From Candidatus Zixiibacteriota bacterium (GTDB lineage Bacteria > Zixibacteria > MSB-5A5 > WJJR01): DNA of 22,444 bases. The notes below the pieces were generated by a model. That model was not told the origin of the DNA and did not search any database. It was given only the letters and a program-made list of their open reading frames with translations. The stretch covers positions 1 to 22,444 of the forward strand of contig JAVHPP010000006.1 in the NCBI GenBank assembly GCA_036170655.1, given 5' to 3'. Below, in pieces: positions 17,533 through 22,444 of the stretch (positions are counted from its first letter, which is position 1; every line of letters starts with the position of its first letter). Made by a program: the position numbers and the translations under genes.

Positions 17533-17550
17533 TTGTGAATGAATTCACGG
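17533..17550. promoter_or_regulatory. Rex operator (autoregulatory)
   Basis: TTGTGAA-TGAA-TTCACGG has two mismatches to the Rex consensus TTGTGAA-N4-TTCACAA. It sits immediately downstream of the -10, in front of rex itself. Confidence 0.75.
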
Positions 17551-18249
17551 CACGCCAAAGCTCCGCTTGGGCAGACGACGGAAGACCGGCCGGTGATATT
17601 TCGCCGCCGCATCTCTGAGTCCACGATCCACCGTCTGTCTGTCTATTACCGTTCGCTGGCCGCACTGGAGGGGGAAGGATACCACACGGTCAGTTCCAAG
17701 GACCTGGCCCGCCGGGAAAAACTGACCCCCGCGCAAGTTCGCAAGGATCTGTCATTCTTTGGATCGTTTGGGACACGTGGGCTGGGATATCCCACCAAGG
17801 AACTGAGGGCACGGATCGCCGCAATCCTGGGAATCGACCATCAGTGGAATGTCGGGCTCATTGGCGCCGGCAACGTGGGTTCGGCGCTGGTCTCCTACAA
17901 GGAGTTCCACAAGCAGGGATTTGCGATCAGGGCCATCTTCGACAACGACCAGCGCAAGATCGGCTCCAGTCACAAGGGGATCGTCATCGCGGACATCAAA
18001 GATCTGGCCGCCGATGTGAGAAAAAAGAAGATCGAGATTGTCGTCATCACCGTACCGGCGTCCGTCGCGCAGAAAGTTTGTGATCTGGCTGTAACCGCTG
18101 GTGTCAAAGCCATCCTGAATTTCGCGCCGGTCAATCTGAAGGTGCCCGAAGAGGTCATGTTGCGCACGGAGAACATGGCCATGGAGATGGAGTACCTGTC
18201 TTTTCAGCTCACCAACCATCCGCGACGGGACGAGCCAGAGCGTTCCTGA
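17539..18249 (+). CDS. rex: Redox-sensing (NADH/NAD+) transcriptional repressor Rex
   Basis: TIHRLSVYYR, VSSKDLA, QVRKDLSFFGSFGTRGLGY, Rossmann motif GAGNVG and AILNFAP. The true start may be GTG 17593, because ATG 17539 lies inside the operator at the predicted transcription start. Confidence 0.96.
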   Translation: MNSRHAKAPLGQTTEDRPVIFRRRISESTIHRLSVYYRSLAALEGEGYHTVSSKDLARREKLTPAQVRKDLSFFGSFGTRGLGYPTKELRARIAAILGIDHQWNVGLIGAGNVGSALVSYKEFHKQGFAIRAIFDNDQRKIGSSHKGIVIADIKDLAADVRKKKIEIVVITVPASVAQKVCDLAVTAGVKAILNFAPVNLKVPEEVMLRTENMAMEMEYLSFQLTNHPRRDEPERS

Positions 18250-18264
18250 CACGGAATCTTGCTC

Positions 18265-18292
18265 TTGACAAGAAGAACGTCCCTTCTATCTT
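18265..18292 (+). promoter_or_regulatory. Putative sigma70 promoter for the small secreted protein
   Basis: TTGACA (18265-18270)-N16-TATCTT (18287-18292), with a GAGGA SD at ~18300. Confidence 0.5.
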
Positions 18293-18311
18293 TTCTGTTG
18301 AGGAACTGTGG

Positions 18312-18743
18312 ATGCATTCATTGCCACTCAAAGCGGCTTTCTGCCTGTTGTGCGCTGTTGTGATTCTGGCCCTCGTGTCTGCCGGGTCGCTTGCCGGACG
18401 TGAGCTGGCCTCGAACTGCGAGCTCTACGGTCGCGTTGTCTATAAAGGTGGTCCGGCCGCGGTGGGCACCAGGATTGAGGCCTACGCCGGGTCCGTTCCA
18501 TTGGCCGACACAACCGTGCGGGAGATCGGCTTTTATGCACTCTCGATTCCCCCTGACGATCCGGTGACTCTCTCTGTTGACGGCTGGCGGGAACGGGATG
18601 AGCTTACCCTCTACGTCAACGGCACTGCATCGCAGCCAACGGTCATGGCATTTGAGGGAAGCCGGAACATCGACTTGACTGTGCAGTTGATTTCGGATGT
18701 CCGGAAATCGACTTGGGGCAAGATCAAAGCCCTGTTCCGTTAG
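18312..18743 (+). CDS. Small secreted hypothetical protein with C-terminal STWGKIKALFR tail
   Basis: N-terminal signal-peptide-like segment (K, hydrophobic core, ...AGSLA), a beta-strand-rich mature part (LYGRVVY...RIEAY...FYALSI...LTLYVNG...IDLTVQ) and a terminal TWGKIK motif. Confidence 0.8.
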   Translation: MHSLPLKAAFCLLCAVVILALVSAGSLAGRELASNCELYGRVVYKGGPAAVGTRIEAYAGSVPLADTTVREIGFYALSIPPDDPVTLSVDGWRERDELTLYVNGTASQPTVMAFEGSRNIDLTVQLISDVRKSTWGKIKALFR

Positions 18744-18958
18744 CGGCGGTTCACCTCCTCGGTTCGCGCCGCATGGAGTGTTACCCATATCCCCGGATCA
18801 ACTTTTACCTATGTTTCCGGTCTGTACCCCCCGACCGCCCAAAATCGCTGTGGTATCATGTCTGGTGGCGCCGTATATTGCGTTGATGACATACGACCCT
18901 GCTCTTGACCGTTGACGGGGCCGTCATTCATGTAACCCTTTCGACACGGGGGAAGTCA

Positions 18959-19312
18959 ATGAAGCTGAGTCATCGTGAGAAAAATGGAGTTGTGGTTTTG
19001 GAACCCCATGGCAAGATCATGGGGGGGCCTGATGCTACGCTTCTCCATGACCAGTTGCATGATCTGATTGCGGAGAAGAAGTTGAAGGTCGTCATCGACC
19101 TGTCCCAAGTCGATTGGATGAACTCGACGGGACTGGGAATCCTCATCTCCAGTCTCACCACACTCCGGAACAGCCAGGGTGATTTGAAGTTGGCCAGTGT
19201 CACCGACAAGATCCAGAGCCTTCTCACCATCACCAAACTGATCACGGTTTTTGAGGCGTACGATTCAGTCGATGAGGCCGTTGCCAGTTTCGGCGCGGCG
19301 ACGCACGCGTAG
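18959..19312 (+). CDS. rsbV: STAS-domain anti-sigma-factor antagonist (RsbV/SpoIIAA-like)
   Basis: 117 aa; VVIDLSQVDWMNSTGLGILI contains the phospho-acceptor Ser; also LLTITKL..VF and SVDEAVASF. ATG 18959 follows GGGGGA. Confidence 0.92.
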   Translation: MKLSHREKNGVVVLEPHGKIMGGPDATLLHDQLHDLIAEKKLKVVIDLSQVDWMNSTGLGILISSLTTLRNSQGDLKLASVTDKIQSLLTITKLITVFEAYDSVDEAVASFGAATHA

Positions 19313-19354
19313 ATGCGTGGCGGCAATCCGCGCTGATCCTTCCTTAATCTGCCG

Positions 19355-19786
19355 ATGAATCGTGCCTCACCTGATGTCATCCATCTGGTGATCCCCAGCG
19401 AGCCGGGGCGTGTCGCCGAGGCGGATGAGTTCTTGGAGTCCGCACTCCGGTCACGGGGCGTGCCGGAGGCTATCGTCTCCGACATGGCCATCGCCGTCAC
19501 CGAACTGGTGAACAATGCCATCGTGCATGGCAACAAGAGCGATCCCCAAAAAAGCGTCAGCCTGACACTGTCATTCACGGCTCGTGAGGTGGTCATCCGT
19601 GTTGTGGATCAGGGGAGCGGATTTGATCCCAGCCAGGTGCCCGACCCGTTGGCGAACGAGAATCTCCTGCGTGAGGTCGGCCGCGGCATATTCATTGCCC
19701 GTTCACTGATGGACCATGTGACCTACGAGCGAGACCCAGGCGGAGGGATGGCTGTGGTCCTGCGCAGGGACATCAGCCCCACGTGA
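19355..19786 (+). CDS. rsbW: Anti-sigma factor / Ser kinase (RsbW/SpoIIAB-like, HATPase_c)
   Basis: N-box AVTELVNNAIVHGN, G1 VVDQGSGFD and G2 GRGIFIARSLMD. Confidence 0.92.
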   Translation: MNRASPDVIHLVIPSEPGRVAEADEFLESALRSRGVPEAIVSDMAIAVTELVNNAIVHGNKSDPQKSVSLTLSFTAREVVIRVVDQGSGFDPSQVPDPLANENLLREVGRGIFIARSLMDHVTYERDPGGGMAVVLRRDISPT

Positions 19787-19829
19787 GGCGGACAGCCCGC
19801 CCAGCGGGAGCAACCCAGGGGTGTGATGG

Positions 19830-22094
19830 GTGAGCTGGCTCATCGTCATCGCTGTATTTTATCTCATCCTCAGTGCAGTGCTGTGGCTTCTCGGAACCGT
19901 TATCCTCAGGGAAAATCCCAAGAATCGTGTCAACCGGATCACCGGTCTGATGCTTTTCTTCGCTGGTCTCGGGCCGCTCTTTGCCGCCATTGGTTCGACA
20001 CTCGTGCCGGGTGTCGGCGTGGTCCCAGCGGAAACGTCCCCCGCGTATTACAACCTGTTCTACCTCTGGGAACTGTTCTTTCCGCAGTTGTTGCTCTTTG
20101 CGTTTGTTTTTCCGTTCGAGCGGCGTTGGGGCGCCCGATTCCCCCGGATGAAGTTTTTGATCTTTGTTCCCCATGTGTTCCACTTTGTCTGGGTCACTTT
20201 TCTGGCGCGTCCCGACTTGGGCTGGCTCGACATCCGGACGGAATCGTCCCTCATGCAGACCATTGTCGCGCCGGTGAATTATATCCTGAAGCTGATCGCG
20301 CTGCTCTTCTCCGTGCTCTTTGAATTTCATCTCAAGTTCTTTTCTCTGATCAATCTGACCTATATCGCCATCGCCGTCGGCGCCCTGTGGCAGGGGTACA
20401 CGCGACTGACCAACCCCCGTCTCCGGGAGCAGGTCGGTTATATCCTGGGCGGTATTCTCTCCGCCCTTGGTCTGTACACCATCGCCTTCATCGCGCCCGC
20501 TCTTGGTCTCTTCCAGCTTCCTGCGGAGCTGCGTATCGGACTGACCATTCTGGCGCTCATGGCCGGGTCGGCAGGAATCGCGTGGGCGATCATCCGATAT
20601 CAGTTTCTCGATGTCCGGCTGATCGTGCGACAGTCGCTGGTTTTTTCGGCTTCGTCGGCGCTCCTCGTCGGAGTATATCTGTTTCTCATCACGCAGGTTG
20701 CGGCGTTCATCAAAGACGTGCTGGAAATTCAGACGCCGCTGGTGGATATGGCTTTTATTGTCATCGTCCTCATCTTCTTCCAGCCGGTCAAGCATCGAGT
20801 CGACGAACTGATCCAGCGCCTTTTCTTGCGCGATAAGGCTGATCCTCGCGCCATCCTCGAGTCATATTCCCGTGAGATCGCCTCCCAGTTTGACCTGGAT
20901 GATCTCAAGCGGGGAATGATTGGCGTTCTGACTGAGCAGCTCTTTATCGAAAGCGCTTTCTTTGCCACGCGTGACCGCGGGACCGGGGGATATGTCCTCG
21001 AACTGAAAGGGCTGTCAGCGGAGCAGTTTCCCGCGGATGATCCTTTTTTTGCCGGGGTCTGCCAGCGGGGCCGACCGGTTGCCTTCGAGGAGTTCGTGCT
21101 CGACCGTCCGTTCACTCCCATGACCGAGGTGTTGTCTCGCTGGGGGTGCCGTTTGGCGGTGCCCATCATCGATCGGGGAGAACTGACCGCCGTTCTGCTC
21201 CTCGGCGAGAAGATCTCCGGTTATCGTTATGGGGTCGAGGACGTCCACCTTCTCGCCACGTTGGCCAATCAGCTGGCCGTTGCGCTGACCAATGCCGTGC
21301 TCTACCGCGAGGCGCTGGAGAAGCAAAAACTCGAGGAGGAATTGAATGTCGCGCGCCAGATCCAGATGCAACTTCTCCCGAGCGTGCTTCCCTCGGGCGA
21401 CACATACAGAGTGGCGGCCTTCACGCACCCGTCACGGCAGGTGGGGGGAGACTACTACGATTTCTTCCCCTTGCCGCAACGCCGCTTGGGAATTGTCATT
21501 GCCGACGTCTCGGGAAAGGGGGTCGGCGCGGCGCTTCTGGTATCCCAACTGCAGGCGTTCCTGCGTGCTGGCGTTCGCAGCCGCCAGCCGATGCCGAGTG
21601 TGATGGCCAGCACCAATGCGCTGGTCAACCAGTCCACGTCGGCAGATCGATTTGCCACTCTGGTCTACGCCGAATTTGATCCGGTGGCCCATCGGCTGAT
21701 CTACTCCAACGCGGGTCACAATTATCCCATCGTGATCCGGCACGATGGCCGTCACGAACTTCTGGACGTTGGCGGGCTGGTTCTGGGCGTGATGCCCTCG
21801 GTCAACTATGAAACCGGGCGTGTCGACTTGGGAATGAACGACCTGGTCCTTTTCTACACGGATGGTCTGTCCGAGCTGCAGAATCCACTGGGCGAGGAGT
21901 ACGGGGAGTCGCGGTTGATTCGCTTTCTCCGCGACAACCGACACTTGGAACCCGAGGAATTGAAGAACCGGCTGTTGCGGGATGTGGCGCGGTACGCCTT
22001 GGGCACCATCGACTTCGATGATCTGACAATGGTCATTCTCAAGCTCTGCGACGGCAAGGAGAGCGTTCCATTGCCTCCAGATGGCAATGTCTGA
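19830..22094 (+). CDS. Membrane-anchored PP2C/SpoIIE (RsbU-like) phosphatase: multi-TM N-terminus, GAF, PP2C
   Basis: About 320 hydrophobic N-terminal residues, a GAF-like region (AVPII...LLGEKISG..Y...D..LLATLANQLAVAL), coiled linker EELNVARQIQ, then VGGDYYD, ADVSGKG, NAGHN, YTDGLSE and DDLT. Confidence 0.93.
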   Translation: MSWLIVIAVFYLILSAVLWLLGTVILRENPKNRVNRITGLMLFFAGLGPLFAAIGSTLVPGVGVVPAETSPAYYNLFYLWELFFPQLLLFAFVFPFERRWGARFPRMKFLIFVPHVFHFVWVTFLARPDLGWLDIRTESSLMQTIVAPVNYILKLIALLFSVLFEFHLKFFSLINLTYIAIAVGALWQGYTRLTNPRLREQVGYILGGILSALGLYTIAFIAPALGLFQLPAELRIGLTILALMAGSAGIAWAIIRYQFLDVRLIVRQSLVFSASSALLVGVYLFLITQVAAFIKDVLEIQTPLVDMAFIVIVLIFFQPVKHRVDELIQRLFLRDKADPRAILESYSREIASQFDLDDLKRGMIGVLTEQLFIESAFFATRDRGTGGYVLELKGLSAEQFPADDPFFAGVCQRGRPVAFEEFVLDRPFTPMTEVLSRWGCRLAVPIIDRGELTAVLLLGEKISGYRYGVEDVHLLATLANQLAVALTNAVLYREALEKQKLEEELNVARQIQMQLLPSVLPSGDTYRVAAFTHPSRQVGGDYYDFFPLPQRRLGIVIADVSGKGVGAALLVSQLQAFLRAGVRSRQPMPSVMASTNALVNQSTSADRFATLVYAEFDPVAHRLIYSNAGHNYPIVIRHDGRHELLDVGGLVLGVMPSVNYETGRVDLGMNDLVLFYTDGLSELQNPLGEEYGESRLIRFLRDNRHLEPEELKNRLLRDVARYALGTIDFDDLTMVILKLCDGKESVPLPPDGNV

Positions 22095-22214
22095 TACAGC
22101 CACACGCGTTGGCTACCAGTGCCATTTTGGGAGTGCCGGACAGCACGGCGGGATTTATAATGCTCTGTCTGTGCGGCTCCGTGAAGACGCGGCTGCACGA
22201 ATGGATCTTGGACG

Positions 22215-22444
22215 ATGGACAATACACTTGATTTAGGCACATTCCGCTTTTGTCCACATTGCGGAGATCCATTGAGTGTGCGGGAGGATGGACTCCGTCC
22301 CCGGCTCGCGTGCGTCTCGTGCGGGTATGTGTACTATCACAACCCGGTTCCCGCTTCCGGAGGAGTCATTATTCGTGACCAGCGCGTTTGCCTGGTGCGG
22401 CGGGCCGTCCAGCCGCGTCTGGGGGACTGGACCATGCCGGCGGG
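22215..22444 (+). CDS. NUDIX hydrolase with N-terminal zinc ribbon (partial, runs off the right edge)
   Basis: Hand translation, not in the ORF track: MDNTLDLGTFRFCPHCGDPLSVREDGLRPRLACVSCGYVYYHNPVPASGGVIIRDQRVCLVRRAVQPRLGDWTMPA(G). Two CxxC, then NP.P and LVRR...P..G.W..P.G just before the expected Nudix box. Confidence 0.85.
   Translation, partial: MDNTLDLGTFRFCPHCGDPLSVREDGLRPRLACVSCGYVYYHNPVPASGGVIIRDQRVCLVRRAVQPRLGDWTMPA

Noticed and set aside
18866..18881. Possible sigma54 promoter TGGCGCCGTATATTGC upstream of rsbV
   Set aside because: The GG-to-GC spacing is 11 nt, not the strictly required 10.
19773..20795. 340-aa charged minus-strand ORF
   Set aside because: Mirror of the hydrophobic TM-coding region of the phosphatase; T-rich codons read as Lys/Glu/Asp/Gln on the opposite strand.
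1..22444. CRISPR array, IS element, tRNA/rRNA
   Set aside because: I saw no regularly spaced repeats, transposase or integrase motifs, terminal inverted repeats or structural RNA signatures; nearly all sequence is accounted for by protein genes.

Overview
GC-rich bacterial chromosomal segment, mostly core metabolism and signalling. A TWGKIK-tailed secreted protein suggests an uncultured FCB-group lineage such as Zixibacteria, but that is inference only. The + strand starts with an AT-rich FISUMP-domain fragment joined abruptly at ~216-225 to a 5'-truncated lipA, followed by ispG and ccmF. A 10-gene minus-strand run (13462->4527) encodes a CysM-type cysteine synthase, a class V aminotransferase, serA, PfpI/DJ-1, VIT1/CCC1, a membrane metal-dependent hydrolase, DinB, an NfsA-like nitroreductase, a GDPD and the radical SAM enzyme AmrS. 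A divergent ~1 kb region contains a Lys-rich orphan ORF. The + strand then carries ppdK with an ~80-aa Lys/Pro-rich N-terminal extension, rex with its own operator, the small secreted protein ending STWGKIKALFR, an RsbV-RsbW-membrane/GAF/PP2C partner-switching module, and the start of a zinc-ribbon NUDIX hydrolase. I saw no rRNA, tRNA, CRISPR array or transposase. Best leads: a possible phosphoserine-to-cysteine operon linked to stress genes, the PPDK extension and neighbouring orphan ORF, the TWGxIK tail, and the FISUMP/lipA junction, which is probably an assembly chimera.
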